A stretch of 64,000 nt of DNA from Mobula birostris (lineage: Eukaryota). Each line of letters starts with the position of its first letter. Position 1 is the first letter of the stretch. The DNA lies in the NCBI RefSeq assembly GCF_030028105.1, contig NC_092375.1:44181130-44245129 (forward strand), read 5' to 3'. The notes under the pieces were generated by a model. The model was not told the DNA's origin. It was given only the letters and a program-made list of their open reading frames with translations, and did no database searches. The translations under genes and the position numbers were made by a program. This document shows positions 38,401 to 50,339 of this stretch, piece after piece.

Positions 38401-38829
38401 ACTATTTCATAAACTTACCAGCCAGAAAAGATTCTGCAGATGCTGGAAATATTGATCAACAGCACAGAAATTAAGGGAGGAATTTGGCAAATTCAAGTTT
38501 GCCAGAGCTGTTGGGGAGGATTTAAACTCATTTGGCAGGGGTAATGAGAACCGGAGGGATCGGGATGAAAATGGAGCAGTTGGTATACAAGTCGATGCAG
38601 TGTGTAATAAGAATGCGAGGAAGGACAGGCAAATGATAGGGCAAGATTACAGTCAGCGGGTGAGTTGCAGTATAACATGGAGCAAAATCAGAAAATGTGA
38701 CCAATAGAGGGCACAGCGAAGGATGTTGGCCCAAAATGTCCACTGTACTTTTTTCCATAGATACTGCCTGGCCAGCTGAGTTCCTCCAGCTTTTTGTATC
38801 TGTTGCTCGGGTTTCCGGCATCTGCAGAT

Positions 38830-39250
38830 GAGGGTTAACTTATGAGGAGCGTTTGATGGCTCTGGCCCTGTACTTGCCGGAGTTTAGAAGAGGGGCGAGG
38901 GTGCGATGGGGATCTCATTGAAACGTAATGAATATCGAAAGATTTGGACAGAGTGGATGTGGAATGGAGGTTTCCTAAGGTGGGTGTGTGTAGGACCAAA
39001 GGCCACAGCCTCAAAAGAGAGGGACGTCCATTTAGAACGGAGATGAGGAGGAATTTCTTTAGCCAGTGGGTGGTGAATCTGTGAAGGCCAAGTCAAGATT
39101 ATATTTAAAGAAGTTCTTGATTAATCAGGGCGTCAAAAGTAACGGGGAAAAGACAGGATGAATGGGGTTGAGAGGGATAATAAATCAGCCACGATGTAAT
39201 GGCGGAACAGACTCGATGGCGTTAATTCTGCCTCGATGTTTTTATGCTCC
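38830..39250 (+). mobile_element. CR1 3' end fragment
   Basis: RGHSL...RRNFF-type 3' coding remnant and CR1 tail. Confidence 0.65.
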
Positions 39251-39556
39251 TAAGTCAGGCGGGATCTATGGAAAGGAATGAACGGTCAACTCTTCGCGCC
39301 GAGACGCTGCATCGGGACTGCAAAGGATGGAGGCATTTATGTGTTGATCATAGACTCTTGGTTATAAGCAAGTATCACGAGGGTCGGGAACCCGGGAACG
39401 ATAGAAATTAGGACACTGGCAGCGGTGATATCTAGAAAGAAAGGAGGTCATGCCTAGTTTACAATGTGCCCTCTCGTGCTTGAAGGTAATAAAATACTAG
39501 TCTGATATGTGATTTACAAAAATTATATGGGGCTTTTAGTCGCCATTCTACCCTAC

Positions 39557-39907
39557 CTGCAACCGCAACAGTCAGCTGAGTTCCGAAGCCCTGAATATTC
39601 TTGGAGAACGAAGTGATAGCGTTGCAATAATATGTCCCGCTGTCTGCAAACTCAAGGTTATTAATCGTCAAGGTGCTATTGAAACTTGAAGAATTAGTTC
39701 CAAACACACTGATGCGACCATCTCCACTCTTGGTGCTGATGTTTCTCGCGTACAAATCACCAGAGATCTCTTTAGTAAAATGCCAATAAAAGCTACCATT
39801 TACCAACTCTCCCTTGTCTTGTAAAGTACAGCTGAAGGAGGCAGAATCCCCTACCAGCAGCCGGAGCGATCGGGGAGTTTGCTGCAAATCCAGTCCGGTG
39901 GCAGCAC
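39557..39907 (-). CDS. Single-exon VJ-type IgV domain of an NKp30/NCR3-like receptor
   Basis: Acceptor gtatcgtgatag|, donor GCAG|gtaggg, 351 nt, phase 1-1. Translates (C)AATGLDLQQTPRSLRLLVGDSASFSCTLQDKGELVNGSFYWHFTKE...NSTLTINNLEFADSGTYYCNAITSFSKNIQGFGTQLTVAVA. Has B/F Cys, C-strand Trp, DSGTYYC and a J-like G-F-G-T-x-L-T-V. Confidence 0.9.
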
Positions 39908-40012
39908 CTATCACGATACAGCTCGTTAAAGTTGCAAGTAGCAAACAGCAAACATAATAATTACACATTAAGTGTGAACAATTGTGTGTCGCTTTGAATC
40001 TATTATACTTAC

Positions 40013-40043
40013 AGATTGCTACCAGGACCAGAATGGTGATCAT
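40013..40043 (-). CDS. Leader exon of the NKp30-like receptor
   Basis: ATG at 40043, encodes MITILVLVAI(C), donor ATCT|gtaagt. A 105-nt intron leads to the V exon, giving leader MITILVLVAICAATG. Confidence 0.85.
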
Positions 40044-40206
40044 AATTTTTCTTCGAAAGGCTGAAGCTCAAGAATAACTGTTCCAAACAATTCGCTTCTA
40101 TTGTCAGTTCTCGTTTCATCATTTCCTTTTTAAAGCAATGTGACTGGTCATCATCTTCTCTGACTTGGATAATTTGAATTATGTAGTAAAATCGATTTTT
40201 CTCAAT

Positions 40207-40470
40207 ACATGAGGACATGGCTTTAAGGTAAGTGGTGGGAAGTTCAAGGGGGATATTAGAGGAAGGTTTTTCACTCAGAGTGTGGTTGGTGTGTGGAATG
40301 CACGGCCTGAGTCAGTGGTGGAGGCAGATACACTAGTGAAGTTTAAGAGACTACTAGACAGGTATACGGAGGAATTTAAGGTGGGGGCTTATATGGGAGG
40401 CAGGGTTTAAGGGTCGGCACAACATTGTGGGCCGAAGGGCCTGTACCGTACTGTACTATTCTATGTTCTA
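40207..40470 (+). mobile_element. CR1 3' end fragment
   Basis: gtggttggtgtgtggaatgcac... ending in a ctattctatgttctatg tail. Confidence 0.7.
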
Positions 40471-41310
40471 TGTTTTATCTCTAGTTCATCGTCACAGCAA
40501 CCGGTTTCCGGGACAGACCACGCTCTTAGGTGCCATGCACAAGTCACTGACGGGGAGCGCAACAATCCAGCCCGTGACAGAGTCTGCACATCCTACAGGG
40601 CATTATGGAGCAACAAATGAATTGCAGGACAACCTTGGGGAGTCCAGCTTCACCTGTGGGGTGGAAGCTGTTGGTGCTTCTGGTGGAACCCCTGTATCAG
40701 TATACAGAGCCAAGGTAGTCGGTATAAAGAAGAACAAGGGAGTGGCGAGCCAGGCAGATGAGAGTGGTGGACGGGGGAAGGATAAAGGATAAAAGATTAA
40801 GCCAAATATAGAGAAAATAGGATGGAGTTAGCAGACAAAGCCAGGTGAGGGATGACAAAAAAGGAAGATGCTGAAAGGAGGGAGAGATGGAGTGAAAAAG
40901 GACGCAGCTTCTGAAGAGAAATAACCAGGAACTCTATATCTGGTCACAACATACTGATGCAGCTATAAAGAAAGCAAGACGGCGGCTATGTTTCTTCAGG
41001 AGTTTGCGATTTGGTTTATTACCTTTGGTCACCTAAAGCACTCGAAAACTTCTACAGATGTATCTCGGAGAGCATTCAGACTGAATGCATCACCGTCCGG
41101 TATGGGGGTGGGGGGCGGCTACTGCACAGGATCGAAGTAAGCTGCAGAGGGTTGTAAAATTAGACAGCTTCATCATGGGCATTAGCCTCCATAGTCTCCA
41201 ATACATCTTCGAGGAGCGGTGCCTCACAATGGTGGCATCCATCATTAGGGACCCCGTCACCCAGGACATACCCTCTTCTCATTGTTATTATCGGGAAGGA
41301 GGTACGGAAG

Positions 41311-43060
41311 CAGGGGCGGCACTGAGGTGGTGCTAGCTGGGGCTATAGCCCCAGCAGAAATTGCAATAGCACCAGCGTAGCACCACCAAGAAATTAACTG
41401 AAATTTCACATACAAATTGCAGCTGCATTTATTTCTCTGTATAGTTTTGAATACAGCTTGTTTCTCCAGTTGATCAAGTGAAACGGCGCCCCCAATTACC
41501 ATAGCACCCACGCAGCAATAAAATTATAAACTCTATCAGATCCACTCTACACTTCTGCTTATTTGTTCGTTGTCAATGTCTCGCCGTTGCTGCGCTCAGA
41601 TCAGTTAGGCTGATCTAAGATCACTTAAGGTGGTGATGTCACTCACTCTCACTCACGCGTTGATAGTATACATCCAGTCGCAGATCCGTGGTCTCGCGAA
41701 CTAACGGATCCCCCCCCCACCCCCGCCCCCACCCCCACACACACAGTGCTTTTGCAAGCGAGCGTCAACCTCGCACGTGCATTATTTTGGCCGGCGTGAA
41801 AAATGGATCGACTTTTAGTGAGAAAACGACCTCCTCCAGAGGAATCAGTGGTGTCTCAGCCTGAGCATATCTTAATTGAAAGTGACATGCAGAAAGTAGG
41901 GATGAAGACGACAGCAGTTCGTCGAAGGAGTGTGAGGGCGAAGCAGAGGAACAAGAAATGGAGCGGGATTCACAAGAGAACGTGGATGAAGCTGCTCTTA
42001 CTGCTGGTGGGAATACTGTTAGCGATGTTAGCCAGCAGCCTGAGGAAGGACCCCGTCGGCCAGCATTGAAAATAGTCATAGTCATACTTTATTGATCCCG
42101 AGGGAAGCACCGTTCGCTGCTCGCAACAGTTTGGCAATCAGCAAGGGAGTTTTATTCGTGGCTGGTTTGACTGACTGGAATATTCGAGCACGAAAGGTAC
42201 TACGTTTTGCTTCGCATGCAGGCATTACCTGTCTGGAGGACATGGGTTCTATTCTGAGTCTACCTTCACTGTCACCGGTTACCGCAACAGGCGGAAAGCT
42301 AGAACAGCTTTCAAAACCCACCATGTAAATGCAGCTCATAAGTTTGCTATGGAGGCACGGGCCGAATTCAGATTGAGAAAACAAGCGGTTCAAGATTGGG
42401 ACATAAGCTTGACAAAGGACATGCAAAGATTGTCCAAGAAAATCGTGAGCATATGAGAGCTGTGGTTGAGTCTCTAGCAAGGACAGACATTGATTGACAC
42501 AGTGGAATTTCTAGCTCCAATGAGTCCCTACCGCGATGCATTTATAGATTTATACAAATTGATCTGCATGTCACTGACTCTACCTGTGACATCTGCCTCG
42601 TGCAAACGGAGTTTCTCTTGCCTCAGACCGCTCAAAAACTACCTAAGGAATAACAGTGAAGATACTCAGAACAGCAACTTGGCCCTATTGGCCATAAACA
42701 GGCAAAGGACCAAAGCACTTGACATCCAGAAAATCATTGATGATTTCAGCACCAATCACAACAGACAGATTGTGCTTCTCTGAAAACATCAATGGTGAGT
42801 GCAGTTGATTTTTTAAAAAAATTCGGCCAAGACTAATGCTGATTATTATTATTATTATTTTGTGGTGGATATCCCATAGTCTTTATGTTTCCTGAAAATC
42901 CTAAACTATTACATTTACTGCTATTAAGCCTACTGGTTTTGCTTAGACTTCCAAGCAGTGATTCTGTTGATTTTTGTTTTAAATTCATTAGCTGAATTTG
43001 GCAGTTTTGGCAGTTGGTCTGTGCAATCAAGTCAATCAAGATTTGAATAGTTCAGCAGAA
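41311..43060 (+). mobile_element. Internally deleted hAT transposon (ZMYM1-like, TTF zinc finger)
   Basis: Starts CAGGGGCGG. TTF-type W-LEYS...FCFACR remnant (~42150-42330) joined almost directly to the hAT dimerisation motif LPVTSASCKRSFS.L..LKNYLRN (42490-42783). Right end not found. Confidence 0.75.
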
Positions 43061-43129
43061 AGCCGTTCATTAGAGAATCAAGATTTGAATAGCTCAGACT
43101 CAGCAGAAAGCAGCTGACTGGGCAATCGA

Positions 43130-46100
43130 AGTCAGGTGACCAAGCATTTTGAAAAGCTCAGATAAATAGAGGGGTAGATCAAGTGGAGCGGCCAGTGAGT
43201 GAGTGGGCCAGTGAAGGAGTGGAGCTTTGAGGCTTTGACACGAGAGGCTTCCACGAGAAGAGGCGGAGGACAAGCTTGTTCCCAGTTATTCTTTAATGTC
43301 TCCTGAGACGGTAATGTGCTTCTCATGTGGGACGTGGCAGTCTTGGGGGAACTCCCCTCTCCCGCAGAGTCACATCCCGCCAGAAGTGCATATGGCTGGG
43401 CTATCTGGAAGACCATGTAAGGAATCTGGAGCAGCACCTGGATGACCTTCGACTCATAAGGGAGAATGAGGCAGTCATAGATGAGAGCTACAGGGAGGTA
43501 GTCACACCTAGGCTGTCGGAAGCAGGTCGTTGGGTGACAGTCAGAGGGGGGAAAGCGAAGGTGAGCAGACAGGTAGTGCAGTGCACCACTGTAGCCATTC
43601 CCCTGAATAATAAGTTTACCATTCTGGATACTGTTGGTGGGGTTGACCGACCAGGTGTGAGCCACGGTGGCAGGGCCTCCGGCACAGAGTCTGAGCTGGT
43701 GGAGCAGAAGCGTGGGACGGAGAAGAGGACAGCTGTTGTCATTGGAGATTCTATAGTCAGGGGAGCAGACAGGAGATTTTGTGGACGTGAGAAGGACACC
43801 TGCATGGTTTGTTGCATCCCAGGTGCCAGGGTCCGGGATGTCTCTGACTGGGTGCACGACATCCTGGTACGAGAGGGAAAGCAACCAGAAGTCGTGTTAC
43901 ATGTTGGGACCGACGACATAGGCAGGAAGAGGGATGAGGTCCTGAAGTGTGAGTTTCAGGAAATAGGCAGAAGGCTGAAGAACAGGACCTCAAGGGTGGC
44001 GTTCTCAGGATTGCTGCTAGGGCTACGTGACAATGATGGTAAGAATTGGAGGAGATGGCAGTTGAATGCGTGACTGAGGAGTTGGTGCAGGGAGCAGGAT
44101 TTTAGATTTTTGGATCATTGGGATCTCTTCTGGGGAAGGTGGGACCTGTACAGATTGGATGGGTTACACCTGAACTCAAGGGGGAGCAATATCCTAGTGG
44201 GTAGGTTCGCTGGCATGGTTCGGGACGGTTTAAACTAATTTGCAAGGGGGATGGGACCCAGAGCGATAGAGTAGTGGAAGAAGTGCATGGAGTAAAGCCA
44301 GATCTAACATATAGAGAGGCTTTGAGGAAAGAGAAGCAGAATAAAGGGTGTAAAGTTAGTAAGGTAGAAGGGCTGAAGTGTGTGTGTACTTCAATGCAAG
44401 AAGAATCAGGAACAAAGGTGATGAACTGAGAGCTTGGATACATACGTGGAATTATGTAGTGGCCATTACAGAGACTTGGCTGGCACCAGGGCAGGAATGA
44501 ATTCTCAATATTCCTGGATTTCAGTGCTTTAAAAGGGATAGAGAGGGCAGAAAAAGGAGAGGAGGGGTGGCATTACTGGTCAGGGATACTATTACAGCTA
44601 CAGAAAGGGTGGGTAATGTAGCTGGATCCTCATTTGAGTCAGTATGGGTGGAAGTCAGGAACAGGAAGGGTGCAGTTACTCTGTTGGGGGTATTCTATAG
44701 GCCCCCTGGTAGCAGCAGAGATACAGAGGAGCAAATTGGGAGGCAGATTTTGGAAAGGTGCAAAAATAACAGGGTTGTTATCATGGACAGGCCGACTAGG
44801 GGGAATGCCATACTAGATCTAGTATTAGGTAATGAACCGGGTCAGGTCACAGATCTCTCAGTGGGTGAGCATCTGGGGAACAGTGACCACCAGTCCCTGG
44901 CCTTTAGCATTATCATGGAAAAGGATAGAATCAGAGAGCACAGGAAAATTTTTAATTGGGGAAGGGCAAATTATGAGGCTATAAGGCTAGAACTTGTGGG
45001 TGTGAATTGGGATGATGTTTTTGCAGGGAAAGGTACTATGGACATGTGGTCGATGTTTAGAGATCTCTTGCAGGATGTTAGGGATAAATTTGTCCCAGTC
45101 AGGAAGATAAAGAATGGTAGGGTGAAGGAACCATGGGTGACAAGTGAGGTGGAAAATCTAGTCAGGTGGAAGAAGGCAGCATACATGAGGTTTAGGAAGC
45201 AGGGATCAGATGGGTCTACTGAGGAATATAGGGAAGCAAGAAAGGAGCTTAAGAAGGGGCTGAGAAGAGCAAGAAGGGGGCATGAGAAGGTCTTGGCGAG
45301 TAGGATAAAGGAAAACCCTAAGGCATTCTTCAATTATGTGAAAAAGAAAAGGATGACAGGAGTGAAGGTAAGACCGATTAGAGATAAAGGTGGGAAGATG
45401 TGCCTGGAGGCTGTGGAAGTGAGCGAGGTTCTCAATGAATACTTCTCTTCGGTATTCACCAATGAGAGGGAACTTGATGATGGTGTGGACAATATGAGTG
45501 AGGTTGATATTAAGGGAGAGGTGGTGTTGGAGTTGTTAAAATACATCAGGATGGGTAAGTCCCCGGGGCCTGATGGAATATTCCCCAGGCTGCTCCACGA
45601 GGCGAGGGAAGAGATTGCTGAGCCTCTGTCTAGGATCTTTATGTCCTTTTTGTCCACGGGAATGGTACCAGAGGATTGGAGGGAGGCGAATGTTGTCCCC
45701 TTGTTCAAAAAAGGTATTAGGGATAATCCGGGTAATTATAGACCAGTGAGCCTTACGTCTGTGGTGGGAAAGCTGTTGGAAAAGATTCTTAGAGATAGGA
45801 TCTCTGGGCATTTAGAGAATTATGGTCTGATCAGGGACAGTCAGCATGGCTTTGTGAAGGGCAGATCGTGTCTAACAAGCCTGATAGGAGTTCTTTGAGG
45901 AGGTGACCAGGCATATAGATGAGGGTACTGCAGTGGATGTGATCTATGTGGATTTTAGTAAGGAATTTGACAAGGTTCCACATGGTAGGCTTATTCAGAA
46001 AGTCAGATGGCATGGGATCCAGGGAAGTTTGGCCAGGTGGATTCAGAATTGGCTTGTCTGCAGAAGGCAGAGGGTCGTGGTGGAGGGAGTACATTCAGAT

Positions 46101-46185
46101 TGGAGGATTGTGACTAGTGGTGTCCCACAAGGATCTGTTCTGGGACCTCTACTTTTCGTGATTTTTATTAACGACCTGGACATAG
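43130..46185 (+). mobile_element. CR1 LINE, 5' intact and 3' truncated
   Basis: ORF1 with zinc-finger and SGNH-esterase motif VVIGDSIVRG (43327-44073). ORF2 endonuclease and RT ([39 protein letters not shown]) stop abruptly near 46185. Confidence 0.9.
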
Positions 46186-46804
46186 GGGGTGGTAACTAAC
46201 TTTATATGATTCTATTATGGGTGCTTTTCCTTAACTTACGAACTGTACATTTGATATGTCTGTTTTGCACTGTATAAACCTTTTTTTTAAACTTTTTTTT
46301 GCTGCATTGTAAAAACTTTAAAAAATTAATTTTAAAAAATTATGACACAAATACTGGGGAAACATACTAGCAACATCAAATAACAGGTATATTAAAAGCC
46401 TACAAGTTCCACACCTCAGTGAAAGGTAACTGTTTAGTGCTTGGACACTAAGGAATTTTATAGCAGCGTCAAACCTTTTCGTCAACCACCACAATAATAG
46501 TTCAAAAGGCTGTTAAGATCTAGGAGTAAGAATTCAGTTCAGTGCAATATTTCAGGTTTCGTATTTCACTCACATTATCTCAGATATTAATATCTTTGCA
46601 GCACTCATCAATATGGCTTCTACAATCAAAGCTGATAATGGCCTGTATTTAAATGCAAGCTACAGAATATGCACAAACTGAGTCCGCGTTTCCTGAAGTG
46701 GCAGATATATGTGTACCATAATTCTTGACATATAATGCACATCAGGGATATCAGCTTTGTTCTCCAATGCACAACAATGCATGTTAATTTTTTTAAATTG
46801 CTTC

Positions 46805-47385
46805 AAGGTCCATTAGTGGGAATCCACACTTCTACCTTGGCTCGCCCGTAAGGTACATGAATTAACACATACGGGCAAAGGGGGTATGATGGGTATAATC
46901 GAAAATGAGTGGTATGCGCCAGTATTCCCAGCTTTGGAAGGAAAAATGGTGGTGAACTATATGTTTTGTCAGAGACATAATCCTGAGAAAACACCGTCAG
47001 TATCTGCTGCTGCTTGGCCCTCTTCCTAGAAGTAATATGTATATTTCCAAATGGACCTTATGCAGTTATCCAACTTGTAGAAAGGATGCTATAAATGTTG
47101 CTAAATTTTATTCGAAGAATTTATTCCTAGGTATAGAATCCTTGCGGACATTTCAAGTGACAACGGTCCTCAATTTACAGGGAAAGAGATACAGGAGTTA
47201 GCAAAAACCTTGCAGTGTAAGCATCACTTTGCCTGCCCGTACCACACAGAATCTATGGGGGCAATAGACAGAGAAAATGGGCCCTGAAAAACTGTCTGAT
47301 TAAATTATTTGAAGAAACTGGACCAAACTGGCCAGAGGCACTTCCACTGGTTCTCATGTCAAAGTGCTGTACTCCAAACCACATT
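46805..47385 (+). mobile_element. Retroviral-type (probable class I ERV) integrase fragment, frameshifted
   Basis: Manual translation across frameshifts: VHELTHTG...WYAP...FCQRHNP (HHCC region), FQMDLMQL, ISSDNGPQFTG, CPYHTESMGAIDRENG-LK, WPEALPLVL. Confidence 0.7.
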
Positions 47386-49082
47386 TAGAATATAATACTG
47401 TTGGCTCCTTGTCCACCCCAATGGATTTTTTTAAAAAATCTGTATTCAATGGTAGGCTAGTAATTCTCCTCTTCATTTGCCAGGTGGAAGAGGATAGAGA
47501 CAGAGGCTAGTAGGTGATCGATGAAACCAGATAAAGGAACGATGATAGGCAGATGGAATGACATAGGGCAGTGATGTAAGAGGTAAACAAAGAAAGAGAG
47601 GGACTCTGAATGGGAAAGGAAGAGGGCAAAATCAGTTCCCTGAAATTGGGAAGTTCAATATTCATGCTATTGGATCGAAGGCTACCCAAGTGGAATTTGA
47701 GTTGGTTTGCATTTGGCCTCACTGTAGGAGTGGAGAAGGCTGAAAACAACCAGAATGGTGTGGAATGGAAGCTGAAAGAACGCACAATCAGAAGCTGCAG
47801 ATGGCTGTTGCAGACAGAGTGCAGGAATTTTGAAAATAGTTGCCTAGTCTATGTTTGATCTTGCCAATATAGAGGTCACATTGTGAACACTGATCAGACT
47901 AGAGGAGGCACCTGTGAATCTGTCTCACCGGGAAGGGCTGATAAGGTCTCTGGACAGTGGTGAGAGAGGATCTTGACAATTTGGGAATATTCTCACAATG
48001 AGGGAAACACTGGAGAAATAATTTTTAAAAACTGCATCCGCTGAACTTATGAAGCAAAAATTGCTGAAGCACTCGGCAGGTCAGGGAGCCATCAATTGAT
48101 CCCTTTTATCACTATGTATTTGTGAAATCCACAAAACAAAATGTTGAATCTTATTCCTCCCTTGCAGCTCTTTGCATGACAATGACTCAGGACTTTTAAC
48201 ATTCTTTCTGTTTCAGTAAATTTTGAAAAATTCCCAAGAACATAGCCAAGGACTTCCAGAAGATGGTTTTCTGGGCTGAAGGTTTTTGCCCAGAAAGTAT
48301 ACCAATGGAACTGGGAAGGCAATGTTGCAACTGTACAAAACAGCTTGTGAGGGAAACCCACAAGGTCAGGTGTCAATATATGATTATGTCAGTGGACTGA
48401 CAAGACAGTTGGAGGAAAAAAATCCATGATCAAATCTGTGAACAGACAAAGGCATTTGGTGCTAATAAGTTACAAACTGATCAATGACATCCAGACTGAA
48501 AATGATCCAGTAAGGGCTAAAACTTATCAAGTAAATAAACAATTCCAAGGGTGAAACACAGATGATAGAAAGTGCACACTGGTGCAATATCTCCAAGGAG
48601 TCCATTCTATTGTAAAAACGGAGTTCTTTGCATTCAGGATTGTGAGACTAACTGTCAGAGTCAAAAGGAAGCTCCCACATCTGGTACAGGGAGAATGGAC
48701 GAAGTTAGTTCAAAATCGTGTATCAAATTAGTCCCAATCTAAAAGGAATATCCCCACAAACTTGTTCCAGTAACTGTTGTTAGTAGAGTTAAGCATTATT
48801 ACTGAGAATTAGTGTATATAAAGGACATAAATATAGAAAGTCGGAATACATAGCACACATTCAGTCTCAGACACTGTCATTGGAGCTCTGCCAGAAAACA
48901 TGAGCAACTGGGCAACCAATACTAACCAGATCAAAACATTTCTTTTTCAGTCATTACATTGAGTGGAAAAACCAAATCAGGTGACAAAATCTTAGAGAAA
49001 AAAAATACTCTGTTCATGATTAATTAGGTTGGTTCCTCACCCTCATGTATTTGATAAAGTAGACTCAGGATCACAGTGATTA

Positions 49083-49231
49083 CTACAGAGCAACAGTCCT
49101 AACCAGGTTCTGGTATGAGCTACCATGCAGTGCTCCAGAGCATTCCGAATCCTTATTCGGATTTCCACAACAGGACCAATGTGGATGGCCAGGATGAGTT
49201 TTATGTCCATGTCCGCAGCCTTGAAACCCAC
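49083..49231 (-). CDS. TRIM45: TRIM45 last coding exon
   Basis: Acceptor ctttgattggtag|, 149 nt, phase 1. Encodes (G)GFQGCGHGHKTHPGHPHWSCCGNPNKDSECSGALHGSSYQNLVRTVAL*, matching the TRIM45 C-terminus GCGHGHKGHPG.PHWSCCG...RTVAL. Confidence 0.92.
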
Positions 49232-49389
49232 CTACCAATCAAAGGCAAAGAGACAGTGTTGTCAACAGAATAACGCCAGTAAACCTCATGTAAAGCCACG
49301 TCAGAAAAACATTTACAGCAATACACGCAAAATGCTGGAGGAACTCAACGGGCCAGGCAGCATCTACGTAAAGGAAGAAACATTTGAAA

Positions 49390-49790
49390 TTTTTAAAAAT
49401 CAAGTGCTGCCAGGATAATCAAGGACACGCCCCACCCAGCCAACACACTTTTCGACCCTCTTCTCTCAGGGAGAAGGCTCAGGAGCTTGAAGACTCGTAC
49501 GGCCAGATTCGGGAACAGCTTCTTTCCAACTGTGATAAGACTGCTGAACGGATCCTGACCTGGATCTGGGCCGTACCCTCCAAATATCTGGACCTGCCTC
49601 TCGGTTTTTTTGCACTATCTGACTTCCCATTTTTCTATTTTCTATTTATGGTTTATAATTTAAATTTTTAATATTTACTAATTTTTACTATTTTTAATAT
49701 TTAATATTTGTAATCCAGGGAGCGGGAAGCGCAGAATCAAATATCACTGTGATGATTGTACGTTCTAGTATCAATTGTTTGGCGATAATA
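49390..49790 (+). mobile_element. Rex1-type LINE 3' fragment
   Basis: IIKD..HP...LF..L.SGRR-type remnant followed by an aataaagtataa tail. Confidence 0.6.
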
Positions 49791-50339
49791 AAGTATAATC
49801 ATTTTCATTGTCTTCAAATACATGTTCCGTCAAGGACAAAAAAGATTTGGTTCATAAAGTTTCTTTATGTATAAAATTTCATATAAATATATATTTAACA
49901 AATTTACACTTCACATTTTGCCTTGTGGCACCACTTAACACAGGAAAGTCATTTCAAATAATGAGATATCCTGTGTCAAAGATAATGAGATATCCTGTGT
50001 CGAAGCACTTGTTTTATTTCTCAGTTCCTTCCCCACCCATCTTGTCAGACTCTTCATTATGTTGAAATCTATGAAGTTCAAAATTTGATGTAAATTTATT
50101 ATCAAAGTACATATATGTCACCGTATACAACCATGAAAAAACCTCTATATTTCTGAATCTGAATTCTGATTTCTGAATAAAATCAGAAAGAAAAACCTTC
50201 CCTTATTAACCTGTCATCAGTTCGAACAGAGTCTTCATCCTCACATTCATCGTGTTTCTCTTCCCACAGGTGCGTGACCTGCTGAATGGTTCCAGCACTT
50301 TCTGTTTTTATTTATTAAAGAGAAAAGCATATTGAGTTT

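Noticed and set aside
39459-40043. The 194-aa ORF in the track taken as a single-exon gene
   Set aside because: It reads through a 105-nt intron with canonical sites and past the V-exon donor; the spliced model gives a proper leader.
48300-48900. Continuation of the ERV (integrase C-terminus or env)
   Set aside because: Only vague similarity; it could equally be TRIM45 3' UTR.
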